This document shows positions 46,701 to 55,577 of a stretch of 64,000 nt of DNA, piece by piece. This stretch comes from Minisyncoccia bacterium (lineage in GTDB: Bacteria; Patescibacteriota; Minisyncoccia; Phycocordibacterales; UBA9973). Both the position numbers and the translations under genes were made by a program. Below the pieces are notes generated by a model. It was not told where the DNA came from and ran no database searches. It was given only the letters and a program-made list of their open reading frames with translations. Numbering within the stretch: position 1 is the first letter of the stretch; every line of letters begins with the position of its first letter. The stretch is from NCBI GenBank assembly GCA_038244685.1, contig JBBRTD010000001.1, forward strand, positions 259,569 through 323,568. The letters are read 5' to 3'.

Positions 46701-46846
46701 ATGCTTATTATACTTTTTTTATGCAAAATATACAGCCATTTACTTTTTATGGTTTTTCTGTTAATATGCGTGTATTCGATTTTGCTGGTGTCTCGGCTTA
46801 ATTTGAATCAAACAAATTAAATTAATAATTAATAATTATAGATATT

Positions 46847-47101
46847 ATGCCAATTACAAAATCAGCAAAAAAGGCCCTAAAGGGATCTCTCGTTAAAAAG
46901 GCCATGAATGATCGCAATAAAAAAGCCATCAAAGAATCCATCAAAAACATAGAGAAACTTGTTAAGGAAAAGAAAAAGGATGAAGCAAAGAAGCTTCTAC
47001 CAGTTGCTTACAGTGCTATCGATAAGGCTTGCAAGAAAGGAGTTTTAAAGAAAAATACAGCTTCTCGCAGAAAGGCTTTATTATCAAGAATGACAAAATA
47101 A
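46847..47101 (+). CDS. rpsT: 30S ribosomal protein bS20
   Basis: MPITKSAKKA and IDKACKKGVLKKNTASRRKA. Confidence 0.95.
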   Translation: MPITKSAKKALKGSLVKKAMNDRNKKAIKESIKNIEKLVKEKKKDEAKKLLPVAYSAIDKACKKGVLKKNTASRRKALLSRMTK

Positions 47102-47107
47102 AAGTTT

Positions 47108-47138
47108 AAAGCGGTCCAACGAAAGTTGGACCGCTTTT
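47108..47138 (+). terminator. Intrinsic terminator
   Basis: aaagcggtccaac-gaaa-gttggaccgctttt. Confidence 0.85.
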
Positions 47139-47160
47139 GCTATAAAGGTATAATATAAAA

Positions 47161-47427
47161 ATGAAAAATATATATTTTTTTTATGGGACAGAATGTCCTC
47201 ATTGTATCGTAATGGAAAAATTAATTGATAGACTTATTAAAGAAGGTCTTAATATTAAAAAAATGGAAGTTTGGCATAATACCTTAAATGAAGATTTGAT
47301 GGTTAATTTAGACAAAGGAGATGATGTGTGCGGGGGAGTACCATTTTGTTTAAACGAAGATAGTGGTAAGAGTATTTGCGGTGAGGCTAGTTATCAAGAA
47401 TTGAAAGATTGGGCCGAAGGTAAGTAA
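47161..47427 (+). CDS. Thioredoxin/glutaredoxin-like protein
   Basis: CPHC active site and GGVPF cis-Pro loop. Confidence 0.85.
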   Translation: MKNIYFFYGTECPHCIVMEKLIDRLIKEGLNIKKMEVWHNTLNEDLMVNLDKGDDVCGGVPFCLNEDSGKSICGEASYQELKDWAEGK

Positions 47428-47430
47428 GTA

Positions 47431-47478
47431 AAAAAACAGAGGTTGTACGTCTAAGGGAGACGTCCAACCTCTGTTTTT
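47431..47478. repeat. REP-like palindrome / bidirectional terminator (family copy)
   Basis: aaaaaacagaggttgtacgtct-aaggg-agacgtccaacctctgttttt. Confidence 0.8.
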
Positions 47479-47489
47479 GTTTTACTAAA

Positions 47490-47801
47490 TTATTGTACCG
47501 GAGCTATTGGAGTATCGGGATTTACTTTAACAGTAACTTCACCAAAACCTTTTTGTGTATTTCCTTCAAATCTATCAAAATTTGAATTTCTCATTCCTCT
47601 TTCAAATCTATTATCTCTAAACTCAGATTTTATTTCTCCCCATTGTGTTCCTAGACAAAATGCAATTATAATTAATATTATTACGGCAATTCTTTTAAGC
47701 ATGTGACACTTTCTCCAATTATGACAACAATTAGCCATTCCATGTTCACATTTAATTCCTTCTTTGTTTTCACAACAACCCTCCTTTTTTTCATTTTCCA
47801 T
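47490..47801 (-). CDS. Hypothetical membrane protein with Cys/His-rich N-terminus
   Basis: GCCENK..CEHGMANCCHNWRKCH followed by a TM segment. Confidence 0.7.
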   Translation of the reverse strand: MENEKKEGCCENKEGIKCEHGMANCCHNWRKCHMLKRIAVIILIIIAFCLGTQWGEIKSEFRDNRFERGMRNSNFDRFEGNTQKGFGEVTVKVNPDTPIAPVQ

Positions 47802-47878
47802 TTTTTACTAATATCATGCAAGCATGATGTAATTATTTACTAATACGCGACATTCTTTGTATTATATCACATGGCTAT

Positions 47879-48424
47879 TTAATAAGTTTTATTAGCCAAC
47901 GCATAGTTTTTACCATAAAAAGTATAAGCGCCATTTACCCCTAAGCCATTGCAAGTTTTTTGAATAAAATCAACATCACTTATTGTTGGTTTTTCCTTAG
48001 TGCAAGAAATAGAATACATTTCATCGTCTTCACATAAGTAAATCATATAACCAAGATGATAATCAGGACCATCGTCAACTATTGGTTTGGAAAGATATCC
48101 CTTTTCTGACAAGACTCTCGTCATTGCCTTCGGATAATCTGTCCCATTTTCATATCCTAAATAGCCGTCCCCGTGGCCGAGCCAGCCTGTGCCACTAATT
48201 CTATAAGTTCCATAATCAAGATAGTACATTTCTAGGGCTATTTGGATACTATTTAAATCTGACATTCTTCGCGCGTCGCGGGCTTTGGCTCTCGCACTAT
48301 TTAAACTAGCCAAAACTACACTAGAGAGTATACCAATGATAGAGATAACAACTAAGAGTTCTATCAGAGTAAAACCCCTAGAAAAAATCGATTTTATGTT
48401 TCTGAACTGATAAATTTTTTTCAT
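47879..48424 (-). CDS. Type IV pilin / GspG-like prepilin
   Basis: RG|FTLIELLVVISIIGILSSVVLASLNSARAKARDARR..D...IQIALEMY. Confidence 0.92.
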   Translation of the reverse strand: MKKIYQFRNIKSIFSRGFTLIELLVVISIIGILSSVVLASLNSARAKARDARRMSDLNSIQIALEMYYLDYGTYRISGTGWLGHGDGYLGYENGTDYPKAMTRVLSEKGYLSKPIVDDGPDYHLGYMIYLCEDDEMYSISCTKEKPTISDVDFIQKTCNGLGVNGAYTFYGKNYALANKTY

Positions 48425-48527
48425 AATTTCAGTACCTTAGACTCAATTTTTATAACTTATTTCATTATATCATCGCATTTTTGGAGCCACAATAGAAAAA
48501 GCCAGATAAATCTGGCTTTTTCTATTG

Positions 48528-48599
48528 TGGTCCTGGCAGGAATCGAACCTGCATCGCAACTTCCGCAAAGTTGCGTCCTATCCATTGAACGACAGGACC
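48528..48599 (-). tRNA. tRNA-Arg(GCG)
   Basis: Acceptor ggtcctg/caggacc and anticodon arm caact-ttGCGga-agttg. Confidence 0.93.
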
Positions 48600-48643
48600 A
48601 TATACACGGTATAAATTTACACTATTATATGTGTATTAGCAAG

Positions 48644-49114
48644 CTAAAATCCCAACTTCTCCATAAACTTCATAGATTTTGATTCCTCAAGCTCTATGTT
48701 TGGTATTACCTTAAGTAATGATTCTTTGATATCATCCATCAAATTAATAGGGAAAGGAATAGTATAGACAGGGAGAAAGTATTTATCTATTTCTATTAAT
48801 AAGACAGAAACACTTTCTTCTTTTTTAATATTGAACCCTTTTATATTTTTCCATTCATATTTATTTTTACCTAGTGTTAAACCACTTGTTTCAATTGAGA
48901 AGTTAACATCTTCTGGTTGACGGAGGCTGAAGAATACAAGAGAGCAACCAGATATAAAAATAAAAATAGCAAAAAGATAATTACTAAACCACAAAGCGAT
49001 TCCAAATGCGATAACCGATATTAGTCCTATTGCCCAGATAAAGTCTATACTTTTCTCTTCGTGTTTATATTCTGGGGCAGACCATTCTATTTTTTTTATT
49101 GTTATTTCTTCCAT
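48644..49114 (-). CDS. Hypothetical membrane protein (two TM segments plus PH-like domain)
   Basis: IEWSAPEY, two TM segments and YEWKNIKGFNI. Confidence 0.75.
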   Translation of the reverse strand: MEEITIKKIEWSAPEYKHEEKSIDFIWAIGLISVIAFGIALWFSNYLFAIFIFISGCSLVFFSLRQPEDVNFSIETSGLTLGKNKYEWKNIKGFNIKKEESVSVLLIEIDKYFLPVYTIPFPINLMDDIKESLLKVIPNIELEESKSMKFMEKLGF

Positions 49115-49139
49115 ATATGGATTGTATCATTTAATTTTT

Positions 49140-50297
49140 TTATTTTCTATTCTTAGACAAAGATGCTACCGCTTTATAGACAGCTAAGCGTGCTTTCTTG
49201 TCAAACATATTGGGTATTACGTTTTCTTTATTTGGATTTTTAACAATATTTGCTAAAGCAATGGCAATAGTTATAAATATTTTATTTTCAAATTGCGGAA
49301 TTTTAAAATCAAGCATTGCTTTGAAAGCGTTAGGAAATACAAGTGAATTATTTATTTGATTTGGGTAGTCAGATCTTCCTGTTGCTACAATAAAGGCACC
49401 GGCCTTGATAGCTTCCTCTGGCATTATTTCTGGGGTAGGATTTGCCAAGGTAAAGATTATGGGTTTATTGGCCATGCTTTTAATCATATCTTCTGTTAGG
49501 GTTTTAGGCTTTGATAACCCAATAAAAACATTAGCATCAATTAAGGCATCAGATAAGACACCCGCTTTTTCTTTTATTGTGCTTCCAAGGAGTAATTCTT
49601 TTTTTTCTTTATTTAAATCTTTTCGGCCTTTATATATTATGCCTTTGCTGTCGCAGAATATTGTATTTGTGATTCCATAAGAATGGAGGAGTCTTCCTGT
49701 GGCAACTCCGGCGGCTCCAACTCCCGCGATTACCACTTTAACATTTTCCTTTTTTAACTTAGCTAATTTTAACGAATTTATAAGCGCAGCAAGTGTAACC
49801 GTCGCTGCTCCCCATTGATCATCGTGCATAACTGGAATATCTAATTCCTTGCGGAGTCTCTCTTCGATCTCAAAACATCTTGGAGCTGAAATATCTTCTA
49901 AATTTATTCCACCAAAAACAGGAGCAATTTGTTTAACCGCTTTTATAATTTCTTCTGTATCTTGTGTGTCTAAGCAAATAGGGAAGGCGTCCACTCCACC
50001 AAAATCTTTAAAGATGGCAGCCTTACCCTCCATAACAGGAATTGCAGCTAGTGGCCCTAAATTACCAAGTCCTAAGATAGCAGAGCCATCAGTTACAATA
50101 GCTACTGTATTTTTTTTAATTGTATAAGATCTTGCAAGTTTTAAATCTTTGGCGATAGCAAGACAGACACCAGCTACTCCGGGAGTATAGGCAAGTGATA
50201 AATCTTTTTTATTTTTAAGTGAAACCTTACTTGTAACTTCTAATTTACCGCCGTGTTTTTTATGTAATTTTATTGATTCTTCGTATATTTTAATCAT
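49140..50297 (-). CDS. NAD(P)-dependent malic enzyme
   Basis: AYTPGVA, VTDGSAILGLG, PVMEGKA, INLEDI, HDDQWG, GVGAAG and TGRSDYPNQINN. Confidence 0.95.
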   Translation of the reverse strand: MIKIYEESIKLHKKHGGKLEVTSKVSLKNKKDLSLAYTPGVAGVCLAIAKDLKLARSYTIKKNTVAIVTDGSAILGLGNLGPLAAIPVMEGKAAIFKDFGGVDAFPICLDTQDTEEIIKAVKQIAPVFGGINLEDISAPRCFEIEERLRKELDIPVMHDDQWGAATVTLAALINSLKLAKLKKENVKVVIAGVGAAGVATGRLLHSYGITNTIFCDSKGIIYKGRKDLNKEKKELLLGSTIKEKAGVLSDALIDANVFIGLSKPKTLTEDMIKSMANKPIIFTLANPTPEIMPEEAIKAGAFIVATGRSDYPNQINNSLVFPNAFKAMLDFKIPQFENKIFITIAIALANIVKNPNKENVIPNMFDKKARLAVYKAVASLSKNRK

Positions 50298-50339
50298 ATA
50301 TGTATTATACCAAAAAATAAAATAATCGGCATAAGCCGA

Positions 50340-50834
50340 TTATTTTATTGATTTTTTAATTTTTTCTGATAAGTCTTTGAGTTTTATAGGGTCGGCCATC
50401 GGTCCACCGGCAGACGAAAGATATCCTTCGTATTTATCAAACCAGACATCTTCGTGCGATAAAGCTTGCTCCCATCCACCTTTTAATTTTTCTGTTCCAT
50501 GCATTGGAATGAGTTTCACATGAGCATGATTAATTCCTAGTCCTTCGATGATTATTCCCACACGGCCAACATCAGAATAATAATTTTCTAGAGCTTGAGC
50601 AACCTTTTTAGAAGCAATAACAAGGTCACCGAGTGTTTCATCTGGTATTTGAAGGGGGTCACTTTCGAAATGTTTTTTTGGTATCACACAAGAAAAGCCT
50701 TCGGTATTTGGATCAATAGCAAGAAATGCTATATGTTTCTCGTCTTGCCAAAAAATAGTTGACTGGATTGTTCCTTTTACTATCTCACAAAAAATACATT
50801 TATTGTCTTTTGTTTTTGCGTCATATTTAGCCAT
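50340..50834 (-). CDS. HIT family hydrolase
   Basis: CIFCEI, VIPKKH and HAHVKLIPMHG. Confidence 0.88.
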   Translation of the reverse strand: MAKYDAKTKDNKCIFCEIVKGTIQSTIFWQDEKHIAFLAIDPNTEGFSCVIPKKHFESDPLQIPDETLGDLVIASKKVAQALENYYSDVGRVGIIIEGLGINHAHVKLIPMHGTEKLKGGWEQALSHEDVWFDKYEGYLSSAGGPMADPIKLKDLSEKIKKSIK

Positions 50835-50930
50835 CTTTTAATTATAACACGGCACTGGTTTATTTATTAAATTTTTATACAACGCACATATGAAAAAATC
50901 TCAACAATCGTTGAGATTTTTTCATATGTG

Positions 50931-51017
50931 CGGAAGGGGGGAGATTCGAACTCCCGAGGAGCTTTCACCCCTGACAGTTTTCAAGACTGTTCCTTTCAAC
51001 CACTCAGGCACCCTTCC
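50931..51017 (-). tRNA. tRNA-Ser(UGA)
   Basis: Acceptor ggaaggg/cccttcc, anticodon arm acagt-ctTGAaa-actgt and a long variable arm. Confidence 0.95.
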
Positions 51018-51093
51018 GCCTACAACATTACATTATTTTCATCTTTTTTTCAAGTTTTGGTATATAAAGCAAAAAAGACCCCGGAGGGTCTTT

Positions 51094-51321
51094 TTATAAT
51101 TTTGATTTAAAAGTTTTCAAAAAGTCACTAGGTTTTTTCTTTGCGATATAAAAAATATAAAAAATATCTAATATTGCAAAAGTATTTAAGATCATAAGAG
51201 CTATGAACCATTTTTTGTGATTATTTTTAGAAGCAGTCCAGAGTGAGTATCCCTTCCAAGGCAATACCCAAAGCATTGCAATAATAAAAACCCAAGCATT
51301 AATTTGAATATATTGATCCAT
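51094..51321 (-). CDS. Small membrane protein (DUF5652-like)
   Basis: WVLPWKGYSLWTAS..WFIAL..LNTFAILDIFYIF. Confidence 0.75.
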   Translation of the reverse strand: MDQYIQINAWVFIIAMLWVLPWKGYSLWTASKNNHKKWFIALMILNTFAILDIFYIFYIAKKKPSDFLKTFKSKL

Positions 51322-51374
51322 AAGTAAATAATAACAGTAATAACATTTTATCGCAATTATGATAAGCTGTATTT

Positions 51375-51800
51375 ATGAGATATTTAGGAATTGATTATGG
51401 GGCTAAAAGAGTTGGTCTAGCTATTTCGGATGAAAATTCCACTCTGGCTTTTCCTTATAAAATAATTTTAAATAATATGGAGCTAGTTGATAATGTGCAC
51501 AATATTTGTGGTATAGAAGAAATAGGAGCAATTGTTTTAGGGGAGTCACATGATCTTTCTGGAAATCCAAATAAGATAATGGGGAGTATTGAAGAGTTTA
51601 AAAGAAACTTAGAAGCCGAACTAGACCTGCCTGTTTATTTTCAAAAAGAGTTCATGACAACAGTTGAGGCTCGAGGGAGAGCGGGTAAGGAAATTAATAA
51701 TGCCAAGAAGATTGGTAAGGGTACGCAGAAAAGGACCGATGATTCAGCAGCAGCCATCATACTTGGAAGGTTTTTAGATAAAAAAAATAATTTAAATTAA
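51375..51800 (+). CDS. ruvX: YqgF/RuvX nuclease
   Basis: YLGIDYGAKRVGLAISD, EFMTT and DDSAAAIIL. Confidence 0.92.
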   Translation: MRYLGIDYGAKRVGLAISDENSTLAFPYKIILNNMELVDNVHNICGIEEIGAIVLGESHDLSGNPNKIMGSIEEFKRNLEAELDLPVYFQKEFMTTVEARGRAGKEINNAKKIGKGTQKRTDDSAAAIILGRFLDKKNNLN

Positions 51801-51804
51801 AAAA

Positions 51805-52158
51805 ATGGAATACATATCATACGAAGAATTTAAAAAGATGGACATAAGACTAGGAACTATCAGAGAGATTGAGCCAGTTCCAGAAACAGACAAACTTTTG
51901 CGTTGCCAGATAGATTTTAATGAAGTAGATTCTGATGGAAATAAAAAACTCCGCCAGATTATTTCTGGCATACATGAATATTATCCTGATTATAGTGTTC
52001 TTATTGGTAAGCAAGTTTTATATATAGTAAACCTTACCCCCAGAACCATAAAAGGTTTTGAGAGCAATGGAATGCTTATGGCGGTTGATGGTCTTGATGG
52101 TAATCCAGTATTTTTAACTCCAGAAGTCGAAGTCGGAGTTGGTAGTAAGGTCCGTTAA
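51805..52158 (+). CDS. Stand-alone tRNA-binding OB-fold protein (Trbp111/CsaA/MetG C-terminal-like)
   Basis: DIRLGTI, DKLL, RQIISGI and NLTPRTIKGFESNGMLMA. Confidence 0.88.
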   Translation: MEYISYEEFKKMDIRLGTIREIEPVPETDKLLRCQIDFNEVDSDGNKKLRQIISGIHEYYPDYSVLIGKQVLYIVNLTPRTIKGFESNGMLMAVDGLDGNPVFLTPEVEVGVGSKVR

Positions 52159-52162
52159 TAAT

Positions 52163-52759
52163 ATGCTTGATCCAATCTTTCTTATTCAAACAGTTGGTCT
52201 CATCGGGATCATCTTTATAATTTTTGCTGAGACTGGATTATTTTTCGGTTTCTTTTTTCCAGGGGATTCATTGCTTTTTACCGCTGGAATTTTGGCTTCA
52301 CAAGGGATTTTTAATATTTATGAGATTATAATTTTTTGTACAGTGGCTGCCATATTAGGGGATAGTCTTGGTTATTGGTCTGGAAAGAAATACGGACGAA
52401 AGCTTTTTGAACGTGATGCCGGCTTCTTTTTTAAAAAGAAGCGTATTGAAGATGCCGAAAAATTTTATGCACGTCATGGAAAATATACAATAATAATTGC
52501 TCGTTTTGTTCCAATCATTCGAACCTTCGCTCCAATTGTTGCTGGAATCGGCAGTATGCGTTATTCCACCTTTATTTCTTATAATATTTTTGGGGGGATT
52601 ATTTGGGTTTCAGGGTTGTCATTTTTGGGATACTTTTTAGGGGGTATGATTTCTAATCCTGATAAATATATTCTTCCGTTGGCTCTTCTTATAATTTTTA
52701 TTTCTATTATTCCAATAATTTTTAAAATTATTAGAGAGAAATATAAAAAAACAGAATAG
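52163..52759 (+). CDS. DedA family membrane protein
   Basis: FAETGLFFGFFFPGDSLLFTAG and ARFVPIIRTFAP. Confidence 0.93.
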   Translation: MLDPIFLIQTVGLIGIIFIIFAETGLFFGFFFPGDSLLFTAGILASQGIFNIYEIIIFCTVAAILGDSLGYWSGKKYGRKLFERDAGFFFKKKRIEDAEKFYARHGKYTIIIARFVPIIRTFAPIVAGIGSMRYSTFISYNIFGGIIWVSGLSFLGYFLGGMISNPDKYILPLALLIIFISIIPIIFKIIREKYKKTE

Positions 52760-52801
52760 TCTCTTTTATATCGCCAAATAGTAAGGTATAATAATGTAAC
52801 A

Positions 52802-54424
52802 ATGAAAAAGTTATATAACTATTATTTTCCAACTCCCACATACTTAGCTATGAATTCTTTTGCGATTGATATCTCTGATCAGTCCATTAAATATGGAGAA
52901 TTAACGGCCACTCCTTTGGGTCTTAGATTAGGTCATTTTGGAAAAGAGAAAATTCCAACTGGAGTGGTTGTTTCTGGAAAAATAGAAGACCAAGAACAAT
53001 TGGTAAATATTTTAAAAAAACTCAAGAAGAAGGAAAATCTTAATTTTGTTAGAGTTTCACTCCCCGAAGAACAAATGTATTTATTCACTCTATCTTTACC
53101 CAAGGTAAATGAAAGAGAATTAAGGGATATAATTTTACTTCAAATAGAAGAGCATATTCCTCTTAAGGCTGTGGATACTATATTTGAGTATGATATCATT
53201 TCGAGCTCTCCTAATAATATATTGGTTGAAGTTTCTGCTATTGCAAAATATACGATTGATGCCTATCTGTCGTCTTTTAAGAATGCTGGACTTACGGTTC
53301 TTTCTTTTGAGCTCGAGGCTCAGGCTATTGCTAGAGCGGTAATTTCTTCAGAGGATAAGGGGCCGGTAATGATAGTTGATTTTGGAGACACTCGAACAGG
53401 GGTCTCTATTGTTCATGATGGAAAGGTTTTCTTTACGACGACACTTGATATGGGAGGAATTAATTTAACTAGTATGATAGCGAAGAACTTTTCACTTTCT
53501 TTGGACAAAGCCGAAGAGATGAAGCGTTCTTATGGTCTTGATGGGATATCAAACATTGAAGATATTTTTCCGGTTATTTTAAATGGGATATCGGTATTAA
53601 GAGATGAGTTGAATAAGCAATATCAATATTGGAAAAGTCATGACAATTGGGGAATTAGTCATGATCAAATAAATCGAATTATTCTCTGCGGAGGGGATTC
53701 AAATTTAACAGGACTGTCTGAATACCTTGAGGCTAGTATGAAAATAAAGGTAGATCATGCAAATGCCTGGATAAATATTTCAGATATGAAGATATCAATT
53801 CCCAACATGTCGTTTGAAGAATCTCTTGGTTATGCTACGGTTCTTGGTCTAGCTCTCGGAGGTTTTTCTTATAGTACTAGCCCTGTGATAAATGTTTTAC
53901 CAAGAGAAGAAAAAGTACTTTTAAATAAAGAATATTGGAAAAGACTTATCGTTATCTTTTTAATTCTTTGTTCTCTTGTTGTTGCTATATTTACTATTTT
54001 GCTTGTTCCGTCGTACTTCTTCTCGATGTCGAAACAGTCCATCGTAGAGAATAGACTAGAAGAACTTAATTCGAATGATAAAAATTTGCCTAGTCAAAAT
54101 CTAGACACAACGATTAACGATATTAATACCAAATTGAATTTATTGTCATCGGTTAAAGCTAGATATTCAATTTCAGACGATGTTCTGGGTACCATCCTTT
54201 CTTCTAAACCAGATGGAATTACTTTTTCACAGTTACTTTTAAATCAAATGAAAGATAATAGTTTGGCGCTAGAAATTCATGGTCTTGCTCGTGACAGAAC
54301 AGCTTTACGTAATTTTAAGTCTATTATTGATCTTAATCCAAAAGTTGCATCTTCTAACTTGCCAATATCAAATTTCTTGGAAAAATCTGATATTAATTTT
54401 ACTATTTCAATAGTAATGAAATAA
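52802..54424 (+). CDS. pilM: Type IV pilus PilM-PilN fusion protein
   Basis: Actin-like PilM (IDISD, VDFGD, ILCGGDS, LGLAL) continues in frame into the PilN INVLP motif, a TM segment, a coiled coil and a ferredoxin-like domain. Confidence 0.8.
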   Translation: MKKLYNYYFPTPTYLAMNSFAIDISDQSIKYGELTATPLGLRLGHFGKEKIPTGVVVSGKIEDQEQLVNILKKLKKKENLNFVRVSLPEEQMYLFTLSLPKVNERELRDIILLQIEEHIPLKAVDTIFEYDIISSSPNNILVEVSAIAKYTIDAYLSSFKNAGLTVLSFELEAQAIARAVISSEDKGPVMIVDFGDTRTGVSIVHDGKVFFTTTLDMGGINLTSMIAKNFSLSLDKAEEMKRSYGLDGISNIEDIFPVILNGISVLRDELNKQYQYWKSHDNWGISHDQINRIILCGGDSNLTGLSEYLEASMKIKVDHANAWINISDMKISIPNMSFEESLGYATVLGLALGGFSYSTSPVINVLPREEKVLLNKEYWKRLIVIFLILCSLVVAIFTILLVPSYFFSMSKQSIVENRLEELNSNDKNLPSQNLDTTINDINTKLNLLSSVKARYSISDDVLGTILSSKPDGITFSQLLLNQMKDNSLALEIHGLARDRTALRNFKSIIDLNPKVASSNLPISNFLEKSDINFTISIVMK

Positions 54425-54425
54425 T

Positions 54426-54992
54426 ATGAAAAAAAGTCATACAAATTTAATACTCATAATTAGCACCATCTTATTTATTTTTACCATTGGTTCTTTTGTT
54501 TTTTTCTTTACTGTTATTAAAAACAAAAATAGGCATATATCTGCGGTCTCTATTGCTTTAGGGAAAAAGACCTCTGAACAAATTAATGTAAATAATCTTG
54601 ATAATAAAATAATTGAACTCGGAAATATACAGAAAAGGATTAGTGGTTATTTTATTAACACTTCAGCTATTGATACTTTTGTTGAATATCTAGAAGGTAT
54701 TGGTCTTAGTAATAATGTTGATCTGTCAGTTAAGAGTGTTGATACTCCCAAAAATGAGAAGAATAGAATATTCGTCACCATAAACATGAAAGGAAGTTTC
54801 TCGAATTTAATGAGAGTAATATCTATCTTGGAAAATGCACCATATAATATAATTATAAACTCTACATATTTAAATAAAGAGACATTAATTTCTACTGATA
54901 CAAACAACACTCCCATAAAAGGGAAAGATATCCCTAAGGAAGATAAATCTTATTGGATTGCCAATGTAACATTCGGTATTTTAAATTTATAA
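54426..54992 (+). CDS. PilO-like protein
   Basis: TM plus coiled coil plus KGSFSNLMRVISILENAPY. Follows pilMN. Confidence 0.65.
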   Translation: MKKSHTNLILIISTILFIFTIGSFVFFFTVIKNKNRHISAVSIALGKKTSEQINVNNLDNKIIELGNIQKRISGYFINTSAIDTFVEYLEGIGLSNNVDLSVKSVDTPKNEKNRIFVTINMKGSFSNLMRVISILENAPYNIIINSTYLNKETLISTDTNNTPIKGKDIPKEDKSYWIANVTFGILNL

Positions 54993-54995
54993 TAT

Positions 54996-55313
54996 ATGAA
55001 TAATTTTTTATTAAAAATTAAAAACACACTTAAGGCTATTGATGATTTTTTTAAGATTAATCCTCATAAACAATGGGTCTTTTTATTGTATATATTTTTT
55101 ATTTCTATTTCTATTTTAACTTTATTTAGTTTTTATTTTCTATATGAAATAAAGAATGAAAAAATATTTCAAGTTAAAGTTGAACAAGAAGGGAAGCAAT
55201 CTTTACTGAAGGAGGATTTACTAAAAAGAACCATAGACCTATTTGATAAGAAGGCTCAAAAAGAAGCAGAGATAAAAAATAATTTATCTACTTATAGGGA
55301 CCCAAGTTTATAA
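54996..55313 (+). CDS. Hypothetical membrane protein of the pil operon
   Basis: Single TM segment and C-terminal DPS. Confidence 0.65.
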   Translation: MNNFLLKIKNTLKAIDDFFKINPHKQWVFLLYIFFISISILTLFSFYFLYEIKNEKIFQVKVEQEGKQSLLKEDLLKRTIDLFDKKAQKEAEIKNNLSTYRDPSL

Positions 55314-55316
55314 TAT

Positions 55317-55391
55317 TGGTGCCCTCGGCAGGAATCGAACCTGCAATAACGGCTTAGAAGTCCGCAGTTATATCCATTTAACTACAAGGGC
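55317..55391 (-). tRNA. tRNA-Arg(UCU)
   Basis: Acceptor gcccttg/cgagggc, loop ctTCTaa and encoded CCA. Confidence 0.93.
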
Positions 55392-55399
55392 AAAACTAG

Positions 55400-55472
55400 T
55401 GCGCGATGAGGGACTTGAACCCCCGACCTTCTCAGTGTAAATGAGTTGCTCTACCAACTGAGCTAATCGCGC
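55400..55472 (-). tRNA. tRNA-Val(UAC)
   Basis: Acceptor gcgcgat/atcgcgc and loop ttTACac. Confidence 0.95.
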
Positions 55473-55577
55473 ATATATTATACAACATATCTAATATCCA
55501 TTATATTCGGACATTTATTGGCTAATTGAATAATAGCATATTTTTAATATATTTCAACTATATGCTAGTATGTGGGT

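Noticed and set aside
50890-51110. ORFs 50890-51099 and 50928-51110
   Set aside because: They are antisense to tRNA-Ser and its terminator, so they are spurious.
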